In this document: one piece after another, positions 1 to 12,402 of the stretch
How positions within the stretch are numbered: the first letter of the stretch is position 1
Layout: each line of letters starts with the position of its first letter
DNA from: Bdellovibrionota bacterium FG-2
GTDB lineage: Bacteria > Bdellovibrionota > UBA1018
Reading direction: 5' to 3'
Assembly: GCA_051382305.1 (NCBI GenBank)
Contig: JBBCAV010000298.1
Span: 1-41,541, forward strand
DNA: 41,541 bases
The notes under the pieces: generated by a model
Databases searched by the model: none
What the model saw: only the letters and a program-made list of their open reading frames with translations
What the model was told of the DNA's origin: nothing
Made by a program: the position numbers and the translations under genes

Positions 1-158
1 AACCGATATTCTGACAGAGTGCGGGATAGTGACGCTACCAGGTAATTCAACCAAAACTGCGCACCGCATCTAAGTAACAGATATTTTGAGGCAATTCGAT
101 GGCGTATTGAGGGTGTCCTCGTTACTGGGGGACAGGGGGTGTTCTCACCGCTAATACT

Positions 159-233
159 TGGTGGGCGATGCAGGGATTGAACCTGCGACCTTGGCCGTGT
201 AAAGACCCTGCTCTACCGCTGAGCTAATCGCCC
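159..233 (-). tRNA. tRNA-Val(TAC)
   Basis: Reverse complement folds as a cloverleaf: acceptor GGGCGAT/ATCGCCC, anticodon loop TTTACAC, T-arm GCAGG-TTCAATC-CCTGC, encoded CCA. Confidence 0.93.
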
Positions 234-259
234 AAACCCTTTTTACAAGTACGCTATAA

Positions 260-3200
260 CTAAACCGTTGCTACAGCCTCAAGTGCGGGAGCTTGCTCCA
301 CACTTACTTCATCTTCAACCACTTTGGCTTGAAGAAGTTTGTAATGCAACAATCCCGTTCCCGCGGGAATCAAGCGACCCATGATCACGTTTTCCTTCAA
401 GCCGCGCAAGTAATCCACTCGACCAGCGATACTGGCCTCGGTGAGAACCTTCGTCGTTTCTTGAAACGATGCAGCCGAAATGAAACTATCCGTGCTCAAA
501 GATGCTTTCGTGATCCCAAGCAACATCGGCTCGGCCATGGCAGGAGCACCACCGGCTTGCATGATCTTCTGGTTTTCGTCTTCGAAAGCCATCTTTTCAA
601 TCTGCTCACCCGGAAGGAACGTCGCCGAATCGCCAACATCCTTGATTTTCACTTTGCGCAACATCTGGCGAACAATGGTTTCAATGTGCTTGTCGTTGAT
701 CTTCACCCCTTGCAAACGATAAACTTCTTGGACTTCATCGACCAAGTATTTCGCAAGAGCCTTCTCGCCCAGCACGCGCAAGATATCGTGCGGATTAATC
801 GGTCCATCCATCAAAGGCTCACCAGCTTTCACGAAGTCACCCTCGTTCACAGCTAAGTGGCGACCTTTGCCGATGAGATATTCTTTTCTTTCACCCGTCT
901 CAGGGGTCACTTCGAGTTTTCGCTTACCCTTGGTGTCCTTACCGAATGAAACAATGCCATCGATTTCGCTAATCACTGCAGCGTCTTTGGGCTTGCGTGC
1001 TTCAAACAGTTCGGCAACGCGGGGAAGACCCCCAGTAATATCCTTCGTTTTGGTTGTTTCCCGATGGATCTTAGCGATGATATCACCGCCCTTAATCTGA
1101 TCCCCATCGTTCACGATTAGGTTAGCCCCCATAGGAAGCATGTAACGAGCGACGCGATTAGTACCTTCAATCTTAAGGACATTGCCTGCGCCATCGGTCA
1201 CAAGTAGTTTGGGACGTTTGTCACTGGCTTTAGACTCCACAATTACTTTGTGGGAAAGGCCGGTCACACTGTCGAACTGCTCCTGCATCGTCAAACCTTC
1301 TTCGATGTCTTCGAACCGAATGACACCCGAAGCTTCCGTTACGATCGGAGTGGAATAAGGATCCCACTCAGCAATAAGCTTAGCCTTTTCAACGCCCTCG
1401 CCGTCACGAACAAGAAGTTTAGCTCCGTAAACAACAGGATATTTCTCGCGCTCACGGTTGTTTGCGTCCAAAATCGCGAGCTCCCCGTTTCGATTCATGA
1501 CCGTCAGGAAGCCTTCTTTGTTCACGACCGTATTAAGGTTGATGAACTTGACTTTCCCTTTCGTCTTCGACTCGAGGCTAGATTGCTCAGCACGCCGAGA
1601 AGCCGTACCACCGATGTGGAAGGTACGCATCGTAAGTTGCGTTCCAGGCTCTCCGATAGACTGAGCAGCAATAACTCCAACTGCTTCTCCGTTGTTGACC
1701 ATACGTCCACGAGCGAGATCTCGGCCATAACAAAGGCTACAAATCCCCTTCTTAGACTGGCAAGTTAACACGGAGCGAATCCGAACGCGATCGATCCCTG
1801 TTTCATCAAGCTTCTTAACAAGATCTTCGGTGATTTCGTGATTTGCGGGGACAACCACTTCATTCGTTACAGGATCAATAACCTCATCCAGGGTCACACG
1901 ACCCAAGATACGATCTCCCATCTTCTCAATCACTTCACCACCTTCAATCAAAGCACCGACATACAAACCATCAAGAGCTCCGCAATCGGGCTCAGTAACG
2001 ATCACGTCCTGAGAGACGTCAACCAACCGTCGGGTCAAATATCCCGAGTTCGCCGTCTTCAGAGCGGTATCGGCCAAACCTTTGCGCGCTCCGTGTGTAG
2101 ATACGAAGTACTGCAACACGGATAATCCTTCACGGAAGTTCGCCACGATAGGCGTTTCGATAATTTCACCAGAGGGTTTCGCCATCAACCCACGCATTCC
2201 GGCGAGCTGACGAATCTGCGCATTACTACCTCGGGCTCCAGAATCGGCCATCATGAAAATAGAATTGAACGCGGGCCCTGTGACCTGAGCTTCTTTATGA
2301 TTTCTCGTCGCTTTCCAACCCACGGGAGCCTTGAATGTCTGAACCGACAATTGCTTCATCATCGCAGATGCAATTTGCTCCGAAGTTTGAGCCCAAATAT
2401 CAATAACCTTGTTGTAGCGCTCACCATCAGTGATGAGACCTTCAATGTATTGATTTTCGATCTCATGAACCTGAGCATAAGCTTGATCCAAAAACACCTG
2501 TTTCTCAGAGGGAATGGACATATCATGAATCGAAATCGAAATCCCGGCCCTCATCGCCTGTTTGAATCCCGTTTGCATCAAATGATCGGCCAAAAGAACC
2601 GTCTTCTTGTTACCCGTCAAACGATAGCAAGTATCAATTAGCTCAGCGAGATCTTTTTTCCCCAAGACTTTATTGTAAGCTGGGAATGGAATGTCCTCAG
2701 GAACTATTTCTGCCAACAATACCCGACCAACAGTGGTATCGTAGAGCTTGCCAGCCACGCGACTACGAATCTTACTCTGAAGACCCACGACGCCGGTATC
2801 ATAGGCAAAATGAACTTCTGCAGGACTCGAGAACGACTTGCCTTCACCCTTCCCATAAGGGCGCTCGCGGGTCATGTAATACAAGCCAAGAACAATGTCC
2901 TGACTCGGAACAATAATTGGCTTCCCATGAGCGGGAGACAAAATGTTGTTCGTAGACATCATTAGGACTCGAGCTTCAATCTGTGCTTCGATCGAAAGAG
3001 GAACATGCACAGCCATTTGGTCACCGTCGAAGTCGGCATTGAAAGCCGCGCAAACGAGCGGGTGAAGCTGGATCGCTTTTCCTTCAATCAACACGGGTTC
3101 AAACGCTTGAATCCCGAGACGATGCAGCGTCGGCGCACGATTCAACATAACAGGGTGTTCGCGCACAACTTCTTCAAGGATATCCCAAACTTCTTGGCGC

Positions 3201-4411
3201 TGTTTTTCGACCATCTTTTTGGCAGACTTGATGGTAGTGACATAGCCATACTCAGAAAGTTTATTGTAAATAAACGGTTTGAAAAGCTCGAGCGCCATCA
3301 CTTTGGGCAAACCGCATTGATGCAGCTTCAACTCGGGCCCCACAACGATCACAGAACGACCAGAGTAATCGACCCGTTTGCCAAGCAAGTTCTGCCGGAA
3401 ACGACCTTGCTTGCCCTTGAGCATATCCGACAGTGAGCGCAGAGGACGCTTATTGGGACCCGTAAAGGTTTTACCGCGTCGTCCATTGTCAAAAAGCGCA
3501 TCCACAGATTCCTGCAGCATACGTTTTTCGTTCCTGATAATAATTTCAGGAGCATTCAGTTCCATCAATCTCTTCAGACGATTGTTACGATTGATTACGC
3601 GACGGTAAAGATCATTCAAATCAGACGTCGCAAAACGTCCGCCATCCAAAGGAACAAGCGGTCGCAACTCAGGCGGAATAACCGGAATCACATCCAACAT
3701 CATCCAATCAGGCTTATTCGTTCCACTGACCTTCAAGGCCTCAACAACCTTAAGGCGTTTCGAAAGTTTCGTGCGCTGAGCTTCCGAATTTGTTTGCTTC
3801 AAATCACGACGCAATTGACGAGAAAGAAGTTCTACATCGACCTTCTTGAGAATATCACGGATCGCCTCTCCACCCATTGCGGCCGTAAAGGTAAAACCTT
3901 CCTTAACCATTTGAGTATATTTTTCTTCAGAGACGACAGAGTTCTCTTCGAGACCGCTGTTTCCTGGATCCAAAACCAAATAGGCCTCGCAATAAAGAAC
4001 CTTCTCCAGATCCTTTAACGTAATATCGAGCAAAGCCCCAATACGCGAAGGGAGCGAACGTAAAAACCAAATGTGCGCAACGGGAGTTGACAACTCAATA
4101 TGTCCCAGTCGTTCACGGCGAACCTTCGACTGAATGACTTCAACCCCACACTTTTCACAGACTACGCCCCGATGCTTCATGCGTTTGTACTTGCCGCAAT
4201 TACACTCATAATCCTTGATTGGTCCAAAGATCTTGGCGCAGAAAAGACCGTCACGCTCAGGCTTGAACGTTCGGTAGTTGATCGTTTCAGGCTTTTTCAC
4301 CTCTCCAAAGGACCACTCCCGAATCTTTTCAGGAGAAGCCAAGGAGATTCGAATCCCCGTGAAGCTCAATGGATCTTTTGGTTTATCGAAAAAGTTTAGA
4401 AGGTCTTTCAT
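260..4411 (-). CDS. rpoC: DNA-directed RNA polymerase beta' subunit
   Basis: 1383 aa; NADFDGD catalytic motif, N-terminal Cys zinc-binding region, TQLTMRTFH trigger loop. Confidence 0.99.
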   Translation of the reverse strand: MKDLLNFFDKPKDPLSFTGIRISLASPEKIREWSFGEVKKPETINYRTFKPERDGLFCAKIFGPIKDYECNCGKYKRMKHRGVVCEKCGVEVIQSKVRRERLGHIELSTPVAHIWFLRSLPSRIGALLDITLKDLEKVLYCEAYLVLDPGNSGLEENSVVSEEKYTQMVKEGFTFTAAMGGEAIRDILKKVDVELLSRQLRRDLKQTNSEAQRTKLSKRLKVVEALKVSGTNKPDWMMLDVIPVIPPELRPLVPLDGGRFATSDLNDLYRRVINRNNRLKRLMELNAPEIIIRNEKRMLQESVDALFDNGRRGKTFTGPNKRPLRSLSDMLKGKQGRFRQNLLGKRVDYSGRSVIVVGPELKLHQCGLPKVMALELFKPFIYNKLSEYGYVTTIKSAKKMVEKQRQEVWDILEEVVREHPVMLNRAPTLHRLGIQAFEPVLIEGKAIQLHPLVCAAFNADFDGDQMAVHVPLSIEAQIEARVLMMSTNNILSPAHGKPIIVPSQDIVLGLYYMTRERPYGKGEGKSFSSPAEVHFAYDTGVVGLQSKIRSRVAGKLYDTTVGRVLLAEIVPEDIPFPAYNKVLGKKDLAELIDTCYRLTGNKKTVLLADHLMQTGFKQAMRAGISISIHDMSIPSEKQVFLDQAYAQVHEIENQYIEGLITDGERYNKVIDIWAQTSEQIASAMMKQLSVQTFKAPVGWKATRNHKEAQVTGPAFNSIFMMADSGARGSNAQIRQLAGMRGLMAKPSGEIIETPIVANFREGLSVLQYFVSTHGARKGLADTALKTANSGYLTRRLVDVSQDVIVTEPDCGALDGLYVGALIEGGEVIEKMGDRILGRVTLDEVIDPVTNEVVVPANHEITEDLVKKLDETGIDRVRIRSVLTCQSKKGICSLCYGRDLARGRMVNNGEAVGVIAAQSIGEPGTQLTMRTFHIGGTASRRAEQSSLESKTKGKVKFINLNTVVNKEGFLTVMNRNGELAILDANNREREKYPVVYGAKLLVRDGEGVEKAKLIAEWDPYSTPIVTEASGVIRFEDIEEGLTMQEQFDSVTGLSHKVIVESKASDKRPKLLVTDGAGNVLKIEGTNRVARYMLPMGANLIVNDGDQIKGGDIIAKIHRETTKTKDITGGLPRVAELFEARKPKDAAVISEIDGIVSFGKDTKGKRKLEVTPETGERKEYLIGKGRHLAVNEGDFVKAGEPLMDGPINPHDILRVLGEKALAKYLVDEVQEVYRLQGVKINDKHIETIVRQMLRKVKIKDVGDSATFLPGEQIEKMAFEDENQKIMQAGGAPAMAEPMLLGITKASLSTDSFISAASFQETTKVLTEASIAGRVDYLRGLKENVIMGRLIPAGTGLLHYKLLQAKVVEDEVSVEQAPALEAVATV

Positions 4412-4473
4412 TGCTCGCCCTCGCCTTAATTTGTCTAGAAATACGTTTTGAAAACTTGAAACACGCTGCCAGC

Positions 4474-7400
4474 CTAGTGAACGTCGGCCTTTGCACCCTT
4501 ATCATCTTCGATCAGCTCAACGTTCAAAGCCAAACTTTGAAGTTCTTTGACCAAGACGTTAAAGGATTCTGGAAGACCTGGCTCCAACAACTGCTCACCC
4601 TTCACAATCGCTTCGTACATGCGATTACGGCCAGTCACATCGTCAGATTTCACCGTGAGGAACTCTTGCAGCGCATACGCTGCACCATAAGCCTCGAGTG
4701 CCCAAACTTCCATCTCTCCCAAACGTTGACCCCCAAACTGCGCCTTACCACCCAACGGCTGCTGAGTCACAAGACTATAGGGACCAATGCTTCGCGCGTG
4801 GATCTTTTCCTCAACGAGATGATGCAATTTCAACATGTACATCACGCCGATCGTGACTTCTTCAGCAAACGGATCACCCGTCACCCCATCGAACAAGGTC
4901 GTCTGACCCCGAACAGGCAACTGAGCCACGGTAAGCATTTTCTCGATATCCTTTTCAGACGCCCCGTCAAAAACAGGGGTTGAAATATGAATACCTTTCC
5001 TCAAATGCCAAGCCATCTTCTTCACATCATCGTCTGATGCCTTATCAAGATATTTATCCACTTCAGGATTTGAATAAGTATCCTTGAGGATCTTGCGAAG
5101 CTTCTCGCCATTGAAGTTTTCCATATAGGAATTAACCCGCTCGCCGATTCCGTGAGCAGCCCAACCCAAGGTCACTTCAAGCAACTGCCCGATATTCATT
5201 CGCGAAGGAACGCCAAGTGGATTCAAAACCATGTCCACCGATGATCCATTTGCCATGAAAGGCATGTCTTCCATAGGAAGGATACGGCTGACCACACCCT
5301 TGTTCCCATGTCGACCGGCCATCTTATCGCCAACCTGCAAACGACGCTTGATCGCAATCTGAACCTTGACCATCTTGATCACGCCCGGAGCCAACTCATC
5401 GCCACGCTTCAACTTATCGGTCTTGTCCTTGAAGATATAGCGAACCGCTTCGATTTTCTCCTTGGCGGTTTTCATGACGGTTGTCACTTCTTGCTCAAGC
5501 TCATCCTTCACAGGAATAAAACCCAGCAACTCGAATGGAATCTGAGACAGCGTATCGCGATCCAGTTTTTGAGCCTTCTTCAATAGCTCCTCAGAGCCAT
5601 CTTCAGAAAGCAACTTGCCCGTCGTTGATGCGCCCTCCAGAACCTTAGAAATCTTATTGAAAGCAGACTGCCGAATCGCATCGACTTCAATCTTCTCATC
5701 GCGACGAATGGTAGCAATATGTTCTTCGAGAATTGCAGTGGTTCTCTCATCAGGCTCAGTCCCTTCACGGGCAAAAATCTGCGCATTGATGACAATCCCT
5801 TGAACGCCGGACGGCACACGAAGAGAGGTGTCACGAACATCGCCCGCCTTTTCACCAAAAATAGCGCGCAGGAGTTTCTCCTCAGGAGAAAGCTGAGTTT
5901 CACCTTTCGGAGTCACCTTCCCCACAAGGATATCGCCCGGCTTCACTTCGGCGCCAATGCGAATAATTCCGCTGCTATCCAGATCCTTCAACGCCTCTTC
6001 GCCCACATTCGGAATATCGCGAGTGACATCTTCTTTTCCAAGTTTCGTATCACGCGCGACACACTCAAACTCTTCGATATGAATCGAAGTAAAGGTATCT
6101 TCTTTAATGATGCGTTCAGAAATCAAAATCGAGTCTTCGAAATTATAACCACCCCACGGCATAAACGCGATGAGGATGTTTTGTCCCAAAGCCAACTCGC
6201 CTGCATCCGTTCCCGGTCCATCAGCCAAGACGTCGCCCGCCTTAACCTTGTCACCCATATGCACAACGGGTCTTTGGGTCATACACGTATTCTGATTAGA
6301 ACGCTGATACTTCGTGAGATTGTAAATATCGACATCTGATCCAACTTCGTCGGACTTAAGAGCCGCACGCCTCACGACGATCTTCGTTCCATCGACCATG
6401 ACGACTTCGCCATCATATTTCGAAAGAATGATTTGTCCCGAGTCACGCGCTACAATACGCTCAATCCCTGTGCCCACAAAGGGCGCAGAAGTCCGAATCA
6501 ACGGTACTGCCTGGCGCATCATGTTCGAACCCATCAACGCACGGTTAGCATCGTCATGCTCAAGGAAGGGAATCAAAGACGCCGCAATCGAAACCAATTG
6601 GTTCGGCGAAACATCCATCAGCTCCACTTCATCCGGATTAACGAGTGCAAAATCCCCTTTTCGACGAGCAGAAACAAGATCTGAACCAAGCTTCCCAGCC
6701 TTGAGAGACTCCGGTGTCACCTGAGCGATAACCTTATTTTCTTCTTCGGTCGCCGTAAAGAACTTAAGATCTGAAATGATCTTGCGACCCTGTACTACGT
6801 GGTAGGGCGTTTCAATGAAACCGAAGTCATTCACACGCGCATAGGTTGACAAGCTGGCAATCAAACCAATGTTTGGACCTTCGGGAGTTTCAATCGGGCA
6901 AATACGACCGTAGTGGGTATTATGAACGTCGCGGACCTCGAAGCCAGCGCGCTCACGAGTCAAACCACCAGGTCCAAGAGCCGAAAGGCGACGTTTGTGT
7001 GTCACTTCAGACAAAGGATTGGTTTGATCCATGAACTGAGAAAGCTGGCTCGATCCAAAAAACTCTTTCACGACCGCAGCCACAGGCTTCTGATTAATTA
7101 GATCATGGGGCATGAGAGTTTCAACTTCTTGAATACTCATGCGTTCCTTAATCGCCCGTTCCATGCGAACCAAGCCAATACGATATTGATTTTCGATCAA
7201 CTCACCGACCGCGCGAACACGTCGATTTCCAAGGTGATCGATATCATCAATCGTTCCGCGCCCATTATTTAGCTCACAAAGGTAGAACATCGTTGCGAGG
7301 ATGTCCTCCTTCATAAGAATCTGGGTCTCTTGAGGAACACCATTTTCCGGGAACTTGTAATTCAATTTCAATCGCCCGACCTTAGAAAGATCATAACGAT

Positions 7401-8604
7401 CTGGATTAAAGAACAGATTTTCAAACAGTTGCTTGGCAGCCTCAACAGTTGGGGGATCACCGGGCCGCATTCTCTTATAGATTTCGATCAACGATTCTTC
7501 CGGGCTAGAAACTTTATCAATAACGAGCGTTTCACGAATAAACGGCCCGTAAGTGAGGTTGTCGGTAAAAATAACCTTCACTTCTCTCACGCCACGAGCT
7601 TTGAGTTCTTCAATTCGCTTTTCGCTCAGCTCATCGTTACACTCAAGAAGAACTTCGCCCGTCTTCTCATCAACAATATCCTCAGATGCCACTCGACCAA
7701 AAACAGCTTCGAGAGGGACCTCAAAGCGCTTGATGCCCGCATCCTGAATTTTCTTAATAACCGCCTTGGTGAATTTGCGATTCTTGCGGACGATTACTTC
7801 TTCGGTCTTAGGATCGAGAATATCTTCTTCGGCGCGCTGCCCGGAAAGAATCTCTAGATCAACGGCTTTGTAATACTTGCCATCTTTGTCAAAAGAAAGT
7901 TTCTCGGCACGATAGAAATAATTCAAAATCTCATGATTCGACATTCCCATGGCGCGCAACACGATCGTTGCAGGAAGCTTACGCTTGCGATCGATACGAG
8001 CATGAACAATGTCTTTGTGGTCAAACTCAAAATCGAGCCAGGATCCGCGATGAGGAATAACTCGCGCAGAGTAAAGGATCTTACCGCTGGAATGGGTTTT
8101 CCCTTGATCGTGATCAAAGATAACGCCGGGAGAACGATGGAGCTGACTCACGATAACGCGCTCAGTCCCGTTAATGATGAACGAGCCCGCTTCAGTCATC
8201 AGCGGTATTTCGCCCATATAAACTTCTTGTTCTTTGATATCGCGAATGTTGCGAGTACCCGTTTCTTCTTCGACATCGTAGACCACGAGCCGAACAGTGA
8301 TCTTCAAAGGGGCCGCAAAGGTCATTCCCCGTTGACGGCACTCACCCACATCGTACTTGGGCTTTTCAAGAACATAGCTCTCAAACTCAAGTGAAGCTGT
8401 GCGATTAAAGTCTTCAATCGGAAATACAGACTTAAAGACAGCCTGAAGACCCGAATCATCCCGCTTGCTAGGGAGAACGTCAGCCTGAAGAAACTTCTCA
8501 TAACTCTTGCGCTGGAGTTCTATAAGATTCGGAATCTCCACGGGAGAACTAATTTTAGAAAAATCTTTTCGAATACGGCGATTTTCAGCGAACAAAGACG
8601 CCAT
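4474..8604 (-). CDS. rpoB: DNA-directed RNA polymerase beta subunit
   Basis: 1376 aa; [29 protein letters not shown] and [12 protein letters not shown] motifs; SD GAGGAG upstream. Confidence 0.99.
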   Translation of the reverse strand: MASLFAENRRIRKDFSKISSPVEIPNLIELQRKSYEKFLQADVLPSKRDDSGLQAVFKSVFPIEDFNRTASLEFESYVLEKPKYDVGECRQRGMTFAAPLKITVRLVVYDVEEETGTRNIRDIKEQEVYMGEIPLMTEAGSFIINGTERVIVSQLHRSPGVIFDHDQGKTHSSGKILYSARVIPHRGSWLDFEFDHKDIVHARIDRKRKLPATIVLRAMGMSNHEILNYFYRAEKLSFDKDGKYYKAVDLEILSGQRAEEDILDPKTEEVIVRKNRKFTKAVIKKIQDAGIKRFEVPLEAVFGRVASEDIVDEKTGEVLLECNDELSEKRIEELKARGVREVKVIFTDNLTYGPFIRETLVIDKVSSPEESLIEIYKRMRPGDPPTVEAAKQLFENLFFNPDRYDLSKVGRLKLNYKFPENGVPQETQILMKEDILATMFYLCELNNGRGTIDDIDHLGNRRVRAVGELIENQYRIGLVRMERAIKERMSIQEVETLMPHDLINQKPVAAVVKEFFGSSQLSQFMDQTNPLSEVTHKRRLSALGPGGLTRERAGFEVRDVHNTHYGRICPIETPEGPNIGLIASLSTYARVNDFGFIETPYHVVQGRKIISDLKFFTATEEENKVIAQVTPESLKAGKLGSDLVSARRKGDFALVNPDEVELMDVSPNQLVSIAASLIPFLEHDDANRALMGSNMMRQAVPLIRTSAPFVGTGIERIVARDSGQIILSKYDGEVVMVDGTKIVVRRAALKSDEVGSDVDIYNLTKYQRSNQNTCMTQRPVVHMGDKVKAGDVLADGPGTDAGELALGQNILIAFMPWGGYNFEDSILISERIIKEDTFTSIHIEEFECVARDTKLGKEDVTRDIPNVGEEALKDLDSSGIIRIGAEVKPGDILVGKVTPKGETQLSPEEKLLRAIFGEKAGDVRDTSLRVPSGVQGIVINAQIFAREGTEPDERTTAILEEHIATIRRDEKIEVDAIRQSAFNKISKVLEGASTTGKLLSEDGSEELLKKAQKLDRDTLSQIPFELLGFIPVKDELEQEVTTVMKTAKEKIEAVRYIFKDKTDKLKRGDELAPGVIKMVKVQIAIKRRLQVGDKMAGRHGNKGVVSRILPMEDMPFMANGSSVDMVLNPLGVPSRMNIGQLLEVTLGWAAHGIGERVNSYMENFNGEKLRKILKDTYSNPEVDKYLDKASDDDVKKMAWHLRKGIHISTPVFDGASEKDIEKMLTVAQLPVRGQTTLFDGVTGDPFAEEVTIGVMYMLKLHHLVEEKIHARSIGPYSLVTQQPLGGKAQFGGQRLGEMEVWALEAYGAAYALQEFLTVKSDDVTGRNRMYEAIVKGEQLLEPGLPESFNVLVKELQSLALNVELIEDDKGAKADVH

Positions 8605-8644
8605 GCCTACTCCTCACGTGCAGAGTTGCACAGGATAAAATAAA

Positions 8645-8712
8645 ACAACAAAAGGCGCCACCGCACCCCCACAACTCTCTCTTAAGAGAGGTGGGGGCAC
8701 AGTAAACGCATC
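8645..8712 (-). terminator. rplL-rpoB intergenic attenuator/terminator hairpin
   Basis: On the mRNA strand TGTGCCCCCAC...GTGGGGGTGCGG closes an inner CTCTCT/AGAGAG stem and is followed by a U-rich run (CTTTTGTTGTTTTA). Position matches the known rplL-rpoB attenuator of E. coli. Confidence 0.6.
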
Positions 8713-8748
8713 GAACCAGACGTGTTACAAAAACTGGGTAGATCGCGA

Positions 8749-9132
8749 TCACTTGATCTCGACCTTAGCTCCCTCAGCTTCAAGCTTTTTCTTCATTACT
8801 TCAGCGTCTGCCTTGCTCACGCCGTCTTTCAAGGTCTTAGGAGCCCCTTCAACGAGATCTTTGGCTTCTTTCAAGCCAAGACCTGTGATTGCGCGAACTT
8901 CCTTAATCACATTGATCTTCTTGTCGCCAGCGACAGAAAGAATAACGGTAAATTCCGTTTGCGCTTCAGCAGCAGGGCCTGCAGCAGCACCTGGAGCAGC
9001 CGCCATAGCGACGGGTGCCGCAGCGGAAACACCAAACTTACCTTCTAAATCCTTCACGAGCTGCGAAAGCTCGAGAACTGACATGTTTTCGATAAACGAA
9101 ATAACATTTTCCTTATTAATAGCCGTACTCAT
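8749..9132 (-). CDS. rplL: 50S ribosomal protein L7/L12
   Basis: Ala-rich hinge; [27 protein letters not shown]. Confidence 0.99.
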   Translation of the reverse strand: MSTAINKENVISFIENMSVLELSQLVKDLEGKFGVSAAAPVAMAAAPGAAAGPAAEAQTEFTVILSVAGDKKINVIKEVRAITGLGLKEAKDLVEGAPKTLKDGVSKADAEVMKKKLEAEGAKVEIK

Positions 9133-9262
9133 TGTTCTACCTCTTCACTTCTGGTTCAAATTGTGCCGCAAGACCATCCGTGATCCACGACCCTTTTCCC
9201 CTGAGTTACCTCAGGGTGTGCTACCCGAGGGCCATCCGGACCCTCGGCACCAAACTAAAAAA

Positions 9263-9802
9263 TTATGCTTCTGGATTAGCTTTCTTTTTCTCAATCGCCG
9301 AAAGAACGGTGACTAAACTCCTTGGGACAGCCGCCAAAACGCCGACAAAGTTCGTAATCGGCGCGTTCATAGTGCCCAACAACTTAGCAAGAAGAACTTC
9401 GCGACTCGGCAAGTTAGCCAGAGCTTCGATATCCGAAACAACTAATCGCTTCGAACCCATGAGGCCATCCTTAAGTTTCAAGGCCTCATTGTCTTTTGCG
9501 AATTTGTGTATGATCTTTGCTGACGCGGCAGCATCATTATTTGCAAAAGCAACAAGTGTTGGACCCACAAGCTCATCAAGGAGCTTCTGGGCAGCCTCGC
9601 CCATCGAGCCATCCTTAGTGACCAACCGTGCAATATTGTTTTTCAAAACCTTCACTTCGGTCTTTTGAGTCCGAAGTGCCCGACGAAGATCATCCGCTTG
9701 GGTAGCCGTCAACCCTTTGTAGTCCGCGAAAAATGCGACCTGAGCCTTAGAAAACCTAGATCTCATGTCATCAGCCAATTGTGTCTTTTCAGTACGATTC
9801 AT
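9263..9802 (-). CDS. rplJ: 50S ribosomal protein L10
   Basis: DYKGLT, VKVLKN and LANLPSREVLLAKLLG motifs; synteny. Confidence 0.98.
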   Translation of the reverse strand: MNRTEKTQLADDMRSRFSKAQVAFFADYKGLTATQADDLRRALRTQKTEVKVLKNNIARLVTKDGSMGEAAQKLLDELVGPTLVAFANNDAAASAKIIHKFAKDNEALKLKDGLMGSKRLVVSDIEALANLPSREVLLAKLLGTMNAPITNFVGVLAAVPRSLVTVLSAIEKKKANPEA

Positions 9803-9843
9803 GGTTTTTAAACCTCTCTATTTGAAAATAGAAAACTTAGTTT

Positions 9844-10581
9844 TTATGCAAGGCCCGATGCGACCAATGCGCTAGACGGATCAACCGAAATCCCAGGACT
9901 CATGGTTGTCGAAACCGTAATATTTTTTAGATAGGTCCCTTTGCTGGTTGGGGGCTTAGCGCGCATAATAGCAGACATAAGCGCTACAAAATTTTCCTGA
10001 AGCTTTGCCGCACCAAAGGACTTCTTGCCAATGCCAACATGGATAATACCAGCCTTCTCAGTCCGATACTCGACCTTACCAAGCTTCTGTTCCTTAACCG
10101 CTTTGGCTAAGTCAAAAGTCACCGTGCCAAGTTTCGGATTTGGCATTAGACCGCGGGGTCCAAGAATCTTACCGATTTTAGAAACGGCGACCATCATGTC
10201 AGGAGTGGCAATCATCTTATCGAACTCCATCCAGCCGCCGGTAATCTTTTCAATCAAATCGTCGGCGCCCACAAAATCCGCTCCGGCTGCTTCAGCCTCT
10301 TTTGCTTTTTCACCCTTCGCAAGAACGGCAACACGAACTTTCTTTCCAATCCCATTTGGGAGGACAATAGCACCTCGAACCATTTGATCGGAGTGTTTTG
10401 GATCAACACCCAAACAAAAAACAGCCTCAACGCTCTCATCGAACTTAGCATAGGCAATCGCCGGAAGTAGGCCAAAAGCCTCTTCAACCGAATACTTCTT
10501 GCCGTCTTCTAGTTTCGCCAATGACGAGAAATATTTTTTCCCGTGGTGACCTAAACGCTTTTTCTTTTCAGTCTCACTCAT
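9844..10581 (-). CDS. rplA: 50S ribosomal protein L1
   Basis: [23 protein letters not shown]. Start moved to the ATG at 10581 (SD GGGAG); the track's GTG start runs through the regulatory leader. Confidence 0.98.
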   Translation of the reverse strand: MSETEKKKRLGHHGKKYFSSLAKLEDGKKYSVEEAFGLLPAIAYAKFDESVEAVFCLGVDPKHSDQMVRGAIVLPNGIGKKVRVAVLAKGEKAKEAEAAGADFVGADDLIEKITGGWMEFDKMIATPDMMVAVSKIGKILGPRGLMPNPKLGTVTFDLAKAVKEQKLGKVEYRTEKAGIIHVGIGKKSFGAAKLQENFVALMSAIMRAKPPTSKGTYLKNITVSTTMSPGISVDPSSALVASGLA

Positions 10582-10589
10582 TTTCAACT

Positions 10590-10627
10590 CCCGTGGTGCA
10601 TGCGTCAGCTTATCACTGACTCCCACT
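10590..10627 (-). promoter_or_regulatory. Putative L1-binding autoregulatory RNA site before rplA
   Basis: mRNA GTGGGAG-TCAG-tgataag-CTGA-cgcatgc-ACCAC: GTGG/CCAC stem, purine-rich internal loop and apical TCAG/CTGA stem, next to the rplA SD. Matches the known L1 rRNA-mimic layout. Confidence 0.6.
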
Positions 10628-10646
10628 TATTTACGCTTTATTTAAA

Positions 10647-11072
10647 CTAATCTTCGACGGTAATACCAGAGCTTCGCGCGGTGCCGGCAATAGTACGCAT
10701 TGCTGCCTCAACACTGCCAGCATTAAGATCTGGCATTTTGAGCTTCGCAATTTCTTCAACTTGTTTACGCGTCACCTTGCCGACCTTCTTCTTATTTGGC
10801 TCGCCCGAGCCCTTTTCAATTTTTGCAGCTTTAAGCAGCAAAATCGATGCGGGAGGCGTTTTCGTAATAAATGTGAACGAACGGTCAGAATAGACCGTAA
10901 TGATCACAGGAATTATAACGCCTTTTTGGTCCTGAGTTTTTGCATTAAATGCCTTACAAAACTCCATGATGTTGACGCCACGCTGACCGAGCGCTGGACC
11001 AACTGGAGGTGCAGGATTTGCCTGACCGCCAGGAATTTGAAGTTTAATCTGACCTGTTACCTTCTTTGCCAT
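10647..11072 (-). CDS. rplK: 50S ribosomal protein L11
   Basis: [26 protein letters not shown]. Confidence 0.99.
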   Translation of the reverse strand: MAKKVTGQIKLQIPGGQANPAPPVGPALGQRGVNIMEFCKAFNAKTQDQKGVIIPVIITVYSDRSFTFITKTPPASILLLKAAKIEKGSGEPNKKKVGKVTRKQVEEIAKLKMPDLNAGSVEAAMRTIAGTARSSGITVED

Positions 11073-11096
11073 AAGTGTGCCCTCTTACCAGTCTTC

Positions 11097-11654
11097 TTAA
11101 ATTTTTTCAACTTGAATAAAATCGAGTTCTACAGGAGTCGACCTCCCAAAGATACTCACCAAAACTTTAACTTTGCCTTTATCGGGATTGACGTCCTCAA
11201 CGGAGCCACTGAAATTCGCAAAAGGCCCATCGATAACACGAACATTTTCGCCTTCTTGAAAGGAAATGCGTGGACGAGGCTTCGCTTGTCCTTCCGCGAT
11301 TCGGTTGGTCATTTTCTGAACATCCGACTCAGGGACAGGTACGGGCCGAACTTTATCGCCCACGAAACCAGTAATCTTGGGCGTATTCTTTACGATATGC
11401 CAAGTTTCATCCGTGAGGATCATTTTTATGAGGATATAACCCGGGAAGAAACGGCGCTTCGTCGTCTTTTTTTGTCCCTTAACCAGCTCGACCACGTTTT
11501 CCTCAGGAACAATAATTTCTCCAAAAAAAGGTTCTTTTTTAGCCGCCTTAATTCTTTCCTCAAGAGCAAGCTTCGCTTTGTTCTCAAAACCAGAATAAGT
11601 GTGAATTACATACCAGGCCATATCGGAGCCAGCCTGTACTTGAGTTTCGATCAC
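11097..11654 (-). CDS. nusG: Transcription termination/antitermination factor NusG
   Basis: [17 protein letters not shown] and C-terminal KOW ([11 protein letters not shown]...[10 protein letters not shown]); SD AAGGAGG before the GTG start. Confidence 0.99.
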   Translation of the reverse strand: MIETQVQAGSDMAWYVIHTYSGFENKAKLALEERIKAAKKEPFFGEIIVPEENVVELVKGQKKTTKRRFFPGYILIKMILTDETWHIVKNTPKITGFVGDKVRPVPVPESDVQKMTNRIAEGQAKPRPRISFQEGENVRVIDGPFANFSGSVEDVNPDKGKVKVLVSIFGRSTPVELDFIQVEKI

Positions 11655-11667
11655 AGTCTAGTCCTCC

Positions 11668-12042
11668 TTATAGAACCCACTTCAAGAGCAGGGTCCAAAA
11701 ATAATCCAAAAATCCCAAAATAAAACCAGAAATAATGACCATTACAATCACAACCAAAGTAGCAGAACTGGTTTCCTTCTGTGTTGGCCAAGTCACACGA
11801 GATAACTCGACCATGACTTCATTCATGAACTGATTCACTTGCTCATTTTTATAGAGCATAAAAAAGAGAACCCCACCCATGACAACAGAAGTGATCCGAA
11901 TAATGAGATCGATATTTCTAACCCGAGCTTCAAAATCGTACATTCCCACAAGCTTTGCTGAAAGCTCGAAAACTATGTATCCTAAAAGGACCGCCACAGC
12001 GAGATAGCTAAGATTTACCCACTTCTGAAATTGGTTTTCCAT
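11668..12042 (-). CDS. secE: Preprotein translocase subunit SecE (long, about 3 TM form)
   Basis: ELSRVTWPT motif, hydrophobic helices, position between tRNA-Trp and nusG. Confidence 0.96.
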   Translation of the reverse strand: MENQFQKWVNLSYLAVAVLLGYIVFELSAKLVGMYDFEARVRNIDLIIRITSVVMGGVLFFMLYKNEQVNQFMNEVMVELSRVTWPTQKETSSATLVVIVMVIISGFILGFLDYFWTLLLKWVL

Positions 12043-12075
12043 ATTCTAAAACTCCGATCGCCTATAGACAAAATC

Positions 12076-12151
12076 TGGCAGGGCAGGAGGGACTCGAACC
12101 CACAACCTACGGATTTGGAATCCGCCGCTCTACCATTAGAGCTACTGCCCT
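12076..12151 (-). tRNA. tRNA-Trp(CCA)
   Basis: AGGGCAG/CTGCCCT acceptor, anticodon loop TTCCAAA, GTTCGAGT T-loop, encoded CCA; canonical position before secE. Confidence 0.97.
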
Positions 12152-12161
12152 AACAATGAAA

Positions 12162-12311
12162 CTATTTGCCCTCGCGATGAACCGTATGCTTGCGACACGC
12201 CCGACAGAATTTCTTGAATTCGAGCTTATCGGTCGTTTTCTGCTTATTCTTCGTCGTGGAATAATTTTTACGTTTACAATCTGTACAGTCAAGACTCACA
12301 ATTACACGCAT
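12162..12311 (-). CDS. rpmG: 50S ribosomal protein L33 (Zn-ribbon, C+ form); missing from ORF track
   Basis: Hand translation: MRVIVSLDCTDCKRKNYSTTKNKQKTTDKLEFKKFCRACRKHTVHREGK* (49 aa, two CxxC); SD GAGG. Confidence 0.97.
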   Translation of the reverse strand: MRVIVSLDCTDCKRKNYSTTKNKQKTTDKLEFKKFCRACRKHTVHREGK

Positions 12312-12402
12312 GGTACTACCTCAGTATCCAGCTCCGTTCCAAACGGGGAGGATGACCGAAGCCACCCCCCCCTTTTTTCTCCGGAAACCAGAATTAGGAT
12401 CG

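Noticed and set aside
10761-11723. 320-aa plus-strand ORF opposite rplK/nusG, and the many antisense ORFs over rpoBC and tuf
   Set aside because: Antisense shadows of highly conserved, codon-biased genes.
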